In this document: positions 13,891 to 26,830 of the stretch, one piece after another
How the letters are laid out: every line of letters starts with the position of its first letter
How positions within the stretch are numbered: position 1 is the first letter of the stretch
Assembly (NCBI GenBank): GCA_951406725.2
Contig: OX597818.1
Location: forward strand, 141,918,001 to 141,982,000
Direction: 5' to 3'
Origin: Octopus vulgaris
Taxonomy: Eukaryota
DNA: 64,000 nucleotides
Made by a program: the position numbers and the translations under genes
The notes under the pieces: generated by a model
Database searches by the model: none
What the model was told of the DNA's origin: nothing
The model's input: the letters and a program-made list of their open reading frames with translations, nothing else

Positions 13891-14045
13891 CTCAAACAGA
13901 AATAAAATATTTGCTATTTACTGTACAGTATTTAGCGAAATGACTGAAAGTCAACTGCGGCGCAATATCTCCCAAGTTTTGAACAAATCCCAGGCATTGC
14001 TTAACTTAGGAGTTAAGAAAAGCCACATGAAATTCATTGATGAAA
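13891..14045 (+). CDS. Adhesion-GPCR-like gene, exon 6 (SEA-like region)
   Basis: tttcag|...|gtaagt; phase 2 in, phase 1 out; SNRNKIFAIYCTVFSEMTESQLRRNISQVLNKSQALLNLGVKKSHMKFIDE. Confidence 0.8.
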
Positions 14046-15409
14046 GTAAGTATCGTGTTTCTTATTATTTTTATCACCATTACCGTCATAATTAGCTTCA
14101 TCAATCACCATACCATCCTCTTCGTCGTTGTCGTCATCATCAACCACAGTAGATGATACCAAGCACACAGGCTCTTTCCCTCTCTCTCTCTCTCTCACAC
14201 AACTATTTATTTACATTTTCTCAAAGCTTGGATAATTTCAAAAAAACACAATTTTATTTTGCGCTTTTCCGTTTCTTGTCCCTACGGAACTGTTTGTCTT
14301 TGCTCAGTTTCTTTTTAATTATACCAATTAACCGAGGGCAAAAATGTTTTCTTCTTATTTTGTATAGAAGTAGAAGATGCAGACTCTACTGGGCAGACAA
14401 ATTCAAACAATTCCAGTACTTGCTTTAATTCAAACAAGAAAATTATTTAATGCTGCAAATAATTTTCCTCGGCGAAAATTCATTTCGTACGAAGTGATCA
14501 AGTTAATTTTTACATTAGGATCAATAGATACACACACAGCTCATACGCTTTAAACAATGTCTAAGAGATATAAGAGAGGAATAAATCATATCCCATTTCC
14601 GAAAAATGATATATTTTCACTTCGTTTCCATTCATTTCATTTTACCATCGCCAAATCAATATAACATCTACCCATTTCTAGCGTACTTTAGGTTTTGCGC
14701 TTCCGGTCAGTATGTCTAAAGAGTGATCAATATATTGACGAATTCAACACTAGAGGCCGCGAAACAGACTAGCATTCTGAGTAGTCATATCCCGTAACCA
14801 GTTATATATTGCTCGAGTAAACATAAAATATATATATATACATATGCACACACCTCTATTTCTATTTTATTTATTGTTTTTTAAGAATATATAAGAAAAT
14901 ATAAATATAAGAATATATATATATATATAATCTACAGGATATCAAGTAGTTATGCAGTTTGAAGCGGCTAAATTTAATTGAACAATACAAACATTACATC
15001 AGTTTAAATGTAATACCATCTTCAGCTGCATAAATAAAGAAGTAGAATTTTAATAAGTAGGACACTTAAATGTAATTTTTCTCAAATATTTTAACAGAGC
15101 AAGAAGATGGAGAAAATCATATTGTCGCCATTTTAGTTAAGAATAGACTACACTTCCAAGAATTGCATGGAGCCTGGTTGGGGTGGGGGTCCTTGTGTTG
15201 TAAGGGATTGTAATTCATTTCTAAATCATTTATCTCTTTATAAACTACTAAATGAAAAACTAGAAATCTGTCTATTTTGAATAAATATATATGCTCTCCG
15301 TATATGTTTGCAACACTTCATGTATCATTGTCCTCAAATCAGCCAGCAGGTGGTCCAAACAATTTATTTCCAACATTAACTACTACTGCTGCTGCTACTA
15401 CTACTACCT

Positions 15410-15447
<38 letters not shown>

Positions 15448-15483
15448 GGCTTCTCTCATATCCATATTTTGTTTCATTTTCAG

Positions 15484-15598
15484 TGGTTTGTGATGAAAGC
15501 ACAACATCAACTAACAATCGAACTTTCTCTTGGCCAATGACAAAAATAGGAACTACTGCGGAGATTCCATGTCATGGAAATGTAGCCACCAGGCATTG
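15484..15598 (+). CDS. Adhesion-GPCR-like gene, exon 7: hormone-receptor motif (HRM), N-part
   Basis: tttcag|...|gttcgt; phase 1 in, phase 2 out. VCDES..FSWPMTKIGTTAEIPCHGNVATRHC fits the C..WPxT..G......C....A.R.C HRM pattern. Confidence 0.85.
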
Positions 15599-15851
15599 GT
15601 TCGTCTGTATTGATTTATTTCTACTCAAATTTTGAAGTTTTCAGCGTCATCCTATTGTGAGAGAATGTTACTTGGTAGAGCAAATAACAGCTTTATAGAT
15701 TAACAAGATAGAATTAAACGTCTATCGGTTGCAATCTCTTGTCCCAGCATTTTTACATTTTATACATTGTTTGATATAATTTAGCCTTGTCCTAACTATC
15801 TAGGTTTTCTTTGTCGCCAATATTATACAAAGCTTTCATTTCATTCGTTTT

Positions 15852-16228
15852 TATGTTCTGAGTTCAAATTCTGCTAAGGTCGACTTTGCCTTTAATTTTT
15901 TCGGTTCGATGAAATAAATACCAATTGAGCACTGGGTTTGGTGTAAACGACTTATCCCTTCCCCTGAAATTGCTGGCCTTGTGCCAAAATTTGAAACCAA
16001 TATTAGACAAGGCTTTATGGTCCTGACCTGGCGGAATCGTTACCATGCCGGACAAAATGCTTAGCAGCATTTCTTCTGACTTTACATTCTGAGATCAAAT
16101 GCCACCAGGGTCGACTTTGTCGTTTTCCCTTTCGGGATCGATAAAATAAGTACCAATTAAACACTGGAGTCTATGTAATCGAACAACCCCCGCCCCAAGT
16201 AGCTGGCCTTGTGCCAAAATTTGAAATC
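15852..16228 (+). mobile_element. Two tandem copies of the tRNA-derived SINE
   Basis: Two occurrences of ttctgag.tcaaat...gtcgactttg...gataaaataagtacc...gctggccttgtgccaaaatttgaaa. Confidence 0.8.
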
Positions 16229-17019
16229 AGCATTATTCAAAGATTTAAAGATTCTTGTAAGTTCCAGAATTTCACAAAACAATTGTAGGAAAGAAAGCAC
16301 ATACCTAGATACAGCCAATAGAAACTATCAGTGATTCTGTTGGTTTCAGGCTAATACTATTTATTCACTTTTTTGATTACTGTAGAGCTATATATCTTGC
16401 TAGTACATGATGGTCATCCTGGGATTTCACTCATCACAGACTATGTAACACGGTCTCTCTTCTCTCATTTCTACCACGTCATTCCACAGGTTAAGCATCT
16501 AACTTGATCCTCCCAGAGGCTGAGCTTTATTAGTTTTAAGACAAGACCAACTGGTGGGATTACTCAAATCTGTGCATATGTAGGAAAATATACATAAATC
16601 CATTGCTGCCGCTGTTGCTACTGATGTCTATGGTGGCGAAATATTAGCAACTAATTCCCCCATTCAACTTGAACTAACAACTTGGCTCCTTAATTCTGCA
16701 TAACCTACACCGTTCCAACTAATCTTTTATTGAATAATCATAAAAACAAGAAATTATTGCAAATAAAAACAGATGCAGGAATATTGTTTTTATATCTGAA
16801 CTCTAGTTAGAAAATATCTGACATTAGTTTTGAGGATAGGGATCAGGAGTAAATAATAGATTTCTCCCCCAAATGCAAGACTCCATTTATCCTTCTTTCA
16901 CTAAATTATGAGTTCAAATCACGACCACATAGAAGGTTTCTTATATTCCTCTGAGACTGACGAAATACTTCTTAGAATGAAAATACACGACTAACAATAT
17001 TTAACATTTATTTTTTCAG

Positions 17020-17189
17020 TTCTTCCAGAACAGTAGGACAACCAGAAATGGCATCAAGTCAAAACATGTCATCACAAAAGTGTTCACCATTTACTGGTAT
17101 CTGGCAAGAACCAGACATGTCTCAATGTTGCGATGCAGAACAGACCACTCAAGGACTAAAGGATATCGAAAGCAAATGCATTGATGTTG
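17020..17189 (+). CDS. Adhesion-GPCR-like gene, exon 8: HRM C-part and likely first helix leading into GAIN
   Basis: tttcag|...|gtgagt; phase 2 in, phase 1 out. ...KCSPFTGIWQEPDMSQCCDAEQTTQGLKDI carries the G.W..PD.S.C HRM end motif. Confidence 0.85.
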
Positions 17190-17298
17190 GTGAGTGAGCA
17201 AATGTTTTTGAATGACTTTTACAGTAGTAGAAGTAGCAGGATGGGAAGTAATTTTTGTGAGTGACTTTCTGTCTGTTTAACAATATTAATCCTTAAAT

Positions 17299-17510
17299 TA
17301 GGCGGTAAGCTGGCAGAATCGTTAGCAGAGTGGGAGAAATGCTTTGCAGTACTTCGTCTGTCTTTACGTTCTGAGTTCAAATTCCGCCGAGATTGACTTT
17401 GCTTTTCATCATTTCTGTGTCGATAAAATAAGCGCAAGTTGAGCCCTGGGTCAATGTAATCAACTTAACCCCCTACACCGAATCGGCTGGTCACGTACCA
17501 ATGTCTGAAA
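17299..17510 (+). mobile_element. tRNA-derived SINE
   Basis: Same family as 3826-4031, with GTTCAAATTCC B-box-like sequence. Confidence 0.8.
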
Positions 17511-17600
17511 TATGTATTATTCCGTTTATTATGCTCTTTTATTTGCACGATTTTTTTATTTCATGTTCATTTCATTCATCGTTTACAATGCTCTCTTCCT

Positions 17601-17641
<41 letters not shown>

Positions 17642-17664
17642 TCTCACTCACACTCACACACACA

Positions 17665-18250
17665 CAGATGGAATCAAACACTACGACATGAAGGAAAAGA
17701 GTAAAAGAGAGCACTTTTGGCGAGTGAGCAAAATATGGGTTTGAAAGCTGAACGCCAGAAACATAATTTCGGCGATAAACTTGCACGCAGTCGCAGTAGT
17801 TCGGAATGATGCTGGAAAACTGAAGTGGACAGAGGAGAAGCTAAAGGAGATGGACAGGAAGTCAAGAAAGATCCTAACGATGTATGGAACGGATCATCCA
17901 CGTGCAGACAGTGATAGCCGATAGACGAAGAGAGCGAATGGAGAAAGAAGACTGACAAGTGTGCGTATCGAACACGAGGGCTTAATGAGATACCGTGCCC
18001 AAAGTAAGGAAACCTTGCTAGTGACAGTTAGTAATAAGGGAGTATTGAAAGCAGGAATAACGAAGGAAGAAACACAAAAAGAAATGAAAAAGAATGGCGC
18101 AAGAAGGGAGAACACAATGAATTTCCATATAACAAAAAATAGTTGGGATTGGCTGATGAAAGGAATTCTAAAGAAAGAGACCGAGAACACTATATTGGCA
18201 GCGCAAGAGTAAGCTTTGGCCACAAACTGGAGGGTCGACATTAAAAAGAG
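17665..18250 (+). mobile_element. RLE LINE internal fragment (copy 2, longer than copy 1)
   Basis: Homologous to 10045-10340 and extends to SWDWLMKGILKKETENTILAAQE. Confidence 0.75.
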
Positions 18251-18961
18251 CAAGTGTCTAGGAACTCCCACAATGCAGGCCTCTAGGAACTCCTACAAAA
18301 CCTGTGATAAAGAGAAATAATAATAATCAAAATCAAGAAGAATGTGTACAGCTGGAAAAAGAAAAGCTTAGCCGAGTATTTACAGAGCAGCACAGAAAAA
18401 AACTACTAACGACTGAATAAAAAGGCAGGAAAATGCAGATTTCTCTTGCTATATTTCTAATGAAAAGGCCTGCAAGTGAAACTGTGTCCAAAAGGCCTAA
18501 ATTAAGCGACGCGACAGAGAAAAGGCCAGAAATTGTTCTTCCTGAAATTTCAATTGAAAGTGATTCTCCTTCCAAACGATAATATCCCACTTCCTTGCAC
18601 ACAATGTATCCCTGGCACACAGGGTAATCAAATTAATAAAAACCAGTTTAGATATTTCTTTTGCGTTCAATTTTACTGTGCTTTTATAATTCTCATTTTC
18701 CTTGTAACTGTAGGCTTTTTCTTTCAAAACCCATAGAAATAGCCATGGTTTTGCGTTGCTGGAAAGGATCAATCATATTCTAATCAGTTTCAATTCATTT
18801 GTAAAACAAGTAAATCGTGAGACGATGTCAAACGTGGAACGAGTTAAAATCGTACTACGACGTATCACTGTATATGTGAATGTATGCATTCATGTAAATC
18901 CATACGGTAGGTGCTATGAATGCACATATTTGTTACATCTGTATCGAAGTGTGGGCATGGT

Positions 18962-19120
<159 letters not shown>

Positions 19121-19123
19121 TAT

Positions 19124-21263
19124 AGGCGTAGGAGTAGGAGTGGCTGTGTGCTAAGTAGTTTACTTGCCATTGCACATGGGTGAGACAGAGTTATGTTTGA
19201 CACTGAAGCTGTAAAACGTGCTTTTGAAGTCGTCTTCAATTGAAGATTTTTGAAACTCAGCCGTAAGGTAAGATCTTTTGGGTCTAGTGGGGACCTGTTG
19301 TCTGTCGCAATTATTTTTTACTAACAAGAAGGCCTCACTGGATTCTGGTCTACCTGTAGCTGAGTGAATATTTTTTCACTTAATTGCGAAAACTATTGGT
19401 TTGGTGGGCGTATCCTGCCGCAAAATTTTGTTTGAAAATAGTGTTTCAACAACATTGTTCTTGTCAAAGAGTACCAATGAGAAAAAATTGGAATGATTTT
19501 TTAACTGTTTTACAATTGCGTTAAAATTTTGGCCTGGAGTACTGGGGGGCCTTTGCTGTGTTTTGAACTGTTGCTTTTTCTTCAGCTATCTTTTATTAAA
19601 AAAACTCTCCTTCCTTTTTGTTTGGACTTTTTTCCTCTTCCTTATTTTTACTTAATTATTTTATATTTTAAGAACTGTTTTTTTTGGACTTTTAAATAAG
19701 AAACATGACATATAACAATGGAAAGTTGGTGGAGTGGGAAATTACACCACCCAATAAATGGTTAAAAGAACTTGAAAGCAAGACGGTGGTTTTGAGGACC
19801 TACTCTAGGACCCTCGACGCCATTGCAGTTCTCAGAAAGGATAGAATCGAAAGAGAGCTGGCAGAATTTAAGGCAGCGATCAAGTTTATCACTCGGGTGG
19901 GGGTCAAATACGCAACCGTGTGGTTGCTGTTTGACTCTCCAGAAGTGGCTCGTGAATTTGCGAGCCAGCCCCTGGAGGGCAATGAAATTTTGTTTCTTCT
20001 CACTTATTGTGGGAAGAAGTTGACGAGGGCTTGATTTTGCGGCTTACCACCCGGAATTGAGCCCGAGTGAATAGGAGATACTATCCGACGGGGTCCTGGT
20101 GACAGTAGCACCCGGCTCCTCAACGTAAATATTCTGCCAGCAGCTAACTGGGAGGAGTCAAAAGCTGTTTTGACCCCATGGACCCAGTCAGCCGAAAGTA
20201 TTTCCAGACTTTTTGAGAATGGCCGGGTCTAGGTATCCGGTGATGCTTGAGGGACGCCCCTCCCCCAAGTGTCATCGGTGCTTGACGCCTGGCTATATAA
20301 AAAAGAACTGTTTTCAAGGGCAAAGCAAAGTCCTGGAGCGGTTGACGGAGACCTTTGTAGAAGGCGGCCGAGGAGACTGAGGACTCCTCAAAAAGAGCCG
20401 CAAAAGGAATAAGGTGAGTAATAATGGGTGCTCACCGAAGGATCCTGGGGATGAGGGAAGGGAGGCGAATCTCCAGGTCACGTAGGAGACGCACCTTCCC
20501 CCAGTCGAGAAGAAAAAAAGAGGAAGAGGAGGAGAAACGGGACATTACCGGCAGTCGGAGATATGGCGCCGGAGTGTCACGGAGCTTCGTCGATTGTGCC
20601 ACCGGAGGGGGAGACACAATTGGCGGAAATTGTACCGCCAACGGTAAAATTGACCCCTTCGGACCTGGAGGACGAAGAACTGTTGATTTACTTTTATAGA
20701 GGCGGAGAGGTGGAAAAGGTAGTGAAAGAACTCTACCAGAGAGTACCTTTGGCCTTCATAAGGGATCCCGAATGGTCTCCGCAGATAGCTGTGGAGGTCA
20801 TAACGTTGCACGTGTTTCAAAGTCTGGTGTGACTAAAAGAGGAATATCGCATATGGCCGGGTGACGCCAAGTCGGAGCATGCCTTGATTTTAAAGCAAGC
20901 ATGGGATATGGTGAAGTACGCGGACACAAGCGATGATGTCGCGAGAGGTTCAATACCTCGTTTTGTTTATTATGTTGGAAAAAAATAGAACTATGTTTTA
21001 GAGAAGCAGAAAATCTTTTCCCATCAATATTATCCTTGTTTCACCATTCACCTCATCAATGTATATGTCCAGCCTGCAAGCTACTCTTTATAATGCCTTT
21101 ATGGCAAATCTTAATGAAATAAAGTAGCTTGCTTACCAACCACATGGTTACGGGTTCAGTCTCAATGCGTGGTACTTTGGATAAGTGTTTTCTACTATAG
21201 CCTCGGGCCAACCAAATCCTCGTGAGTGGATTTGGTTGACTGAAACTGAACGAATCCCATCAT

Positions 21264-21265
<2 letters not shown>
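19124..21265 (+). mobile_element. Second tRNA-derived SINE family, split in its head by an insertion (pieces ~19124-19169 and ~21122-21265)
   Basis: A-box-like GTGGCTGTGTG at ~19140; B-box-like GGGTTCAGTC at ~21152; body ends in a (TA)n tail. Confidence 0.75.
19170..21123 (+). mobile_element. ORF1-only (gag-like) non-LTR retroelement, probably non-autonomous L1/Tx1 group
   Basis: T-rich leader, then a disrupted ORF ~19705-20988 with a degenerate zinc knuckle CHRCLTPGYIKKNC (20270-20311). No EN or RT motifs. Ends at AATAAA (21118-21123), with a 17-bp imperfect TSD. Confidence 0.7.
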
Positions 21266-21331
<66 letters not shown>

Positions 21332-21446
21332 AAGCGTGTATGTGATTAGGAATGTGTATTTTTATCTACATATGTGGGTTTTATGTGCATTTATGACCTT
21401 TGTCTCATTTATAAACGCAGCGATTATTTTCTATATCAATCCATAG

Positions 21447-21529
21447 GCTGGTTCAAATCCTTCGTATTTCGTTTGATTTTAAACATGTCCAACGAATATA
21501 ACATCCCTACTGAGAACATATCAAGAACC
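21447..21529 (+). CDS. Duplicate of exon 4 (exon 4')
   Basis: Same 83-nt length, intact AG/GT, open frame: GWFKSFVFRLILNMSNEYNIPTENISRT. Confidence 0.6.
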
Positions 21530-22784
21530 GTGAGTAGATATCTGCTCTCTCTCTCTCTCTTTCTCCGCACACTCACACATACACACACACTGACCACGTG
21601 CACACATGCATACACACACATACATATTTTATAGAAGAAAGGCAAAACGTCAATTTAAATAGTGAGTGAGCTCAATCCGTTTAGTAGAAAGTGATATCGA
21701 TTTTGTTAAATGATAACAGGTATTTTAAAGTTTAGCCTGATCAGCTTAAACACATAAATACATACATATATAAATAAATGTTAACTTCAAATATACAGAT
21801 AAGTATTATTTGCGTATTTATTTATTATTTGATTCCCTACATATTCTGCAGCGTGCTGGAAAAATCGTTTGTACGTCGAGCAAAATGATAAGCGGTAATT
21901 CGCCCCTCTTTATATTTTGAGTTCAAATTCTACTGCAGCCGACTTTGCCTTTCATCCTTTAATCATTTTTACTGCACCTCTGTATGAGTATTTACTCCAC
22001 TGCCAAGCTTTGTTGAGCTAGTGCGAGTTGTTAGGTTCATCGACCTAGTATACTCTCGAGGTCAAAACACGGCCTCCACATCAGACAGGGTTGGTAGAGA
22101 GGTTATACTGAGACCTTCGTTCTGCAGTGGACTGAACATCGGCAATTTAATGCAATCCATATGATCATAATTTGTATGCATTTAAGTATATATAGACTTT
22201 TATACAAACATGTAAATATACTGAGACATGAACATGCAGTAGACCGTAGTAAAAGAATGCGAATTAATTGTATTTGGGTTTCATGAAATTCAGAAAATAA
22301 ACTCCAATTACTGATAGTAAACTATTGCATAAACTTCTTTCTAACTTACTGATTTTTTGCTGGGCAATAAAAAGACTGTTCGATCCACTATTTTGTCCTT
22401 AAAAGAAGTTCACACAATGAACGACATCATTTATATTTTCCGTGATATAATTTCCGATTCTGACACTAAATGAAATCCCACTCAAATTATTCACTAATCC
22501 TGTCTTTACACACACACGCACACACACATGCGCGCGAACACGCACACACACACACACACACACATATGTACATATGTAACCACACACGTACTTTTGTCAA
22601 TATTCTCCTTCTCTCAACTTTTCTGTTTTCCTTTCCGACAAAGAGCTATGCTCGGAACGTTAAAAGCCCTCTCTTTTCTTCAACTTTACCGAGCGTCCAG
22701 CTAATATATTCCATGCGCATGTCCTCTTGTTTTGTGTTATTTTTATTTTTAATGTTCTACTCTTCAAATTTTACTATTCGATTT

Positions 22785-22825
<41 letters not shown>

Positions 22826-23408
22826 CCTGTTCGATTAGCCAGCGGGGTGGTGTCATTCGATGGCTAAGACAATGCGAACGCATTGTGACCAGTGATGTGT
22901 AACTACATCTGATGGACTGGTCGGAAAGGAAATAGAAAAGGAAATATATATATATATATATATATGTATATATTACAGATGAGAAAATAATTTTATTCTC
23001 AAACTCAGGATAATGTTAATAATATAGAATGAACAGGATAAAAACTATCCATATTTTGCAGAAAAATCTGTCGGCGACCAGTCATGAGACTTGAACTCAC
23101 ATCCCTATCATAACGCGTCTTATAAAGCTAGATTTATATATCCTAAATTTGCAGCAGAATTTGTCATTCGGGCAGCTTAGCTTAATGATAAAGCACTTGA
23201 CGCGTAATCTCAGGGATGTGAGTTTGAGTCTCAAAGTTAGCCGCAAAATATGGATATTTCATCCTGTTCATGCTATATTATTAGCATTATCCTGCGTTTG
23301 AGAATAAAATTATTTCCTTATCTTTCAATACATTTCAACGCTTTTAAATCAAACTTTGTTTCTTGAATTTAATGTATGTATATATATATACACATCCGGC
23401 TTTTGCAG

Positions 23409-23461
23409 ATGGAGCATGAGTTTTTAACCGTGACTGGAAAATTCAGAGTTGAATATCCTGG
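23409..23461 (+). CDS. Duplicate of exon 5 (exon 5')
   Basis: Same 53-nt length, intact AG/GT: MEHEFLTVTGKFRVEYPG. Confidence 0.6.
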
Positions 23462-23679
23462 GTAAGCAAGAGCTTCTAACACATTTATTCAAATTTATTT
23501 GGTTTTGTTCCAAACATTCGATTTTATCGCATGTATTATACGTCACCATAATCAACAGTGTTGTACTTGTGACCCACAATATACTAATTCATACCTTCGA
23601 CGAAATGCTTAAGTGTTTTATCAATGTTTTATTATACAAAGGACAAACAAACCCATATAAAGATTAAGAGAGAATTGTG

Positions 23680-23790
<111 letters not shown>

Positions 23791-25027
23791 TTTGATATTT
23801 GATAGGTTTCGGCCATTATTGGCCCAGGCCATGTCCAACTTAATAGCACCACCATACACACACAGAAGGATAAGATCAATATTTAAATATCGATTTTATC
23901 AGGTGGCCAGCATGGGAATAAAAACCATCAAAGGTAACAATTATTTAAAATTATAATATAGGGTAATAGCAGTCAAGTCTTGACTCTAAAGTCACATTAA
24001 ATGTTCATATAGCACCAGGAGAGAAGACGAAGAGACAAAATAGAATAGCAAAAATTACTGGATAATTCCAGATCCTGGATTTCTGACTCTGCATAAGAAA
24101 TGCTCTGCCGCCTTCATCAGTGGAATATACTCAGAAAAGCAAATAAATACAAATATATACATATACAACATACAATATACTTACATATACGAATGTATTT
24201 ATAATATATTTATATATATATATATATATATATATGAGCGTGTATATATAAATCAAGGCGGTTATCAGCATTTTAAGACTAACAGGGAAATAATTCACAG
24301 TCACTAAAGGTGACAAGAGTGCGGTGAGCACCAGCATTATTAGAAATATTAGTCATATACTCTTTAGCCACAAAAAGACATATGGTCTCTTTGCATTGAC
24401 AGGGGGGAGTTTTCCTAAAACTTTTCGTCGAGTCTTGCAACCTTTTACCAGTGATTGTGTTAAATTATAGTCATAGACACCTTAGCCATAAAAAAACACA
24501 TAGTGCATTGGCAGGGGGGGAGAACATTCTCCACGGTAAGCCAGATGGATTAGATTAGCATGGTTATTTCTTATAGGAAGTTAATACTCATCAGCAATGC
24601 TCACTCCATTACGGCTGGTGGAGGCTAACTCACGCCTCTCAGTATCATTGAGAATGACATAAAAATGAGTGATTGATTTCACAAAATGGCAATGTTAAGA
24701 TTATAAAATAATTAAGGTGGCTAACACACAATTTAAAACCAACCAGGAAATTACCTATATATATATATATAAATAAAATGTATATAAAAACTTATACACG
24801 GAGGGAAGACCACCATGTGGATTTCTTACATGCTAAAGAGGGCAAGCCACGGTACTGGACGAATATATTCTTAAAACCAACTTTTAGTCACCCGCTTGTA
24901 GTTCTAGCCTTCTTCACTAATTCTGTTCTCAACCATACTGAATGCGGTTATTTTACATATGATGATCCAATCCTAAGCTATATTTGCATATAAAAATAAT
25001 TGAAACAAAACAATTAATCTCTTTAAG

Positions 25028-25110
25028 TGTTCAAAGTCAACTGCGGCGCAATATCTCCCAAGTTTTGAACCAATTCCAGGCATTGCTCAACATGAATTTG
25101 CTTGATGAAA
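25028..25110 (+). pseudogene. Truncated duplicate of exon 6 (exon 6')
   Basis: Original acceptor and 5' third are lost, there is a 21-nt in-frame deletion, and the donor gtaagt is intact. A possible new acceptor ctttaag| keeps phase. Confidence 0.55.
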
Positions 25111-25992
25111 GTAAGTATCGTGTTTCTTCATTCTTTTAACACCATTACCGTCATAATTAGCTTCATCAATCACCATACCATCCTCTTCGTCGTTGTCGTC
25201 ATCATCAACCACAATGGATGATATCTTAGGACACCCACGCGTGCACGCAAGCGCACAGACTCTCCCCCTCTCTCTCATACATACAACTATTTATTTACCT
25301 TTTCTCGAATCTTGGATAATTTCAATAAATCAGCATTTTATTTTGCGCTTTTCCGTTTCTTGTCCCTACGGAACGGTTTGTCTAACCGAGGGCAAAAATG
25401 TTTTCTTCTAATTTTGTATAGAAGTAGAAGATGCAGACTCTACTGGGCAGAAAAATTCACACAATTCCTGTACTTTCTTTAATTCAAACAGGAAAATGAT
25501 TTAATGCTGCAAATAATTTTCCTCAGCGGAATTTCATTTCGCACGAAGTGATCATGTTAATTTTTGAATAAGAAACGATAGATACACACGCAGCTTATGC
25601 GCTTTAATTCATCTCTAAGAGATATAAACGAGGAATAAATCATATCCCATTGCCGAACAATGATATAATTTTTTTCACTCCGTTTCCATTCATTTCATTT
25701 TACCACTCCAAAATCAATATAAGGTCTATCTATTTCTAGCATAAAAGAGGTTTATGCGCATCCGGTCATTATGTCTAAGTAGTGGTCAATATTGAGGAAA
25801 TGCAACAATAGAGGCCGCGAAACAGACAGTAGCATTTTTACTAGTCAAATCCCGTAACAAATTATATATTGCTCGGGAAAATGTAAAAATATATATATAT
25901 ATACACATACATATTTCGGGATGGTCATGTTATTTATTATTTAAAAAAAATATAAATGAATAAATATATGTGTGCATATATATATTGTGTGC

Positions 25993-26165
25993 CCAGGGAG
26001 AGTACACGGGGATCTCTACGTACAACAGTGTTCGGGCAAACAGATCACATTGGCATAATTTGAAGAAAGCTGTCAAAGTAGTTTCTCATGGATTCAGATC
26101 TACGTTTCGAGCATTGTCTTCTGTGAAATATACACGCTGGCCATTTTCAAGATGTACAGATAGAT
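25993..26165 (-). mobile_element. Helitron RepHel fragment
   Basis: LSVHLENGQRVYFTEDNARNVDLNP*ETTLTAFFKLCQCDLFARTLLYVEIPVYSPW matches a conserved Helitron RepHel segment as I recall it. Confidence 0.8.
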
Positions 26166-26519
26166 TTTAGGAAAGTGCTCCTACATGTAAACAGGATGTG
26201 ACCTTTGTGTTGACAGTGTATTTGTCTCAAAGCAGAACCGTTCTTCCATCAGCGCTTGCCAATTGGCTGAAGTAACATGAAAGGCATCGTCATTCATGGT
26301 ATATTCGTCAATAAGTGACAAACTGAAATACGATGATCTATTGTTTAGGGAAATATTATTTACTTGTTTAAGGGTTGTACTGGATAGATACCGAAAACAG
26401 CTCTAACAGTTCAAATAGTAAGAAATAAACATATATATGTATATATATACAAATTCATACTATCCGGTAATTAATGTGCTTAAAATTTTATATTTTATGT
26501 TTTTTCATTATATTTCCAG

Positions 26520-26572
26520 GTTCAAGTACTGGTAATGGAACAGAGGATAGAACAGCAGAAACAAACTTTTGA
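26520..26572 (+). CDS. Candidate terminal coding exon
   Basis: Strong T-rich acceptor tatttccag|; the phase-1 frame reads SSTGNGTEDRTAETNF*; an AT-rich UTR-like region follows. Confidence 0.4.
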
Positions 26573-26629
26573 GTGAAAATCGAAAAAGAGCCTCCAAGAA
26601 TCGTCTTTGATGATATGTTATGCTATAAA

Positions 26630-26830
26630 ACGATATTTTCTGCATATATAATACAAAATAAAATTTTCTCCATATATAGTATAAAATAATATTTTCTCCA
26701 TATATAATATGAAATAATATTTTCTTCATATATGATATAAAATTATATTTGCTTCATATATAATATGAAATAATATTTTCTGCATATATAATATAAAATA
26801 ATATTTTCTCCATATATAATATAAAATATT
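26630..26830. repeat. ~28-bp AT-rich minisatellite, about 7 copies
   Basis: Unit approximately AATATTTTCTCCATATATAATATGAAAT. Confidence 0.8.

Noticed and set aside
15380-15450. Thr-rich mucin-like exon from (ACT)n
   Set aside because: It lies just upstream of the exon 7 acceptor, and exons 6 and 7 already join in phase. Best read as an intronic microsatellite.
17299-17400. tRNA gene candidates at A/B-box-like motifs
   Set aside because: No cloverleaf could be built, and the motifs are heads of multi-copy SINEs.
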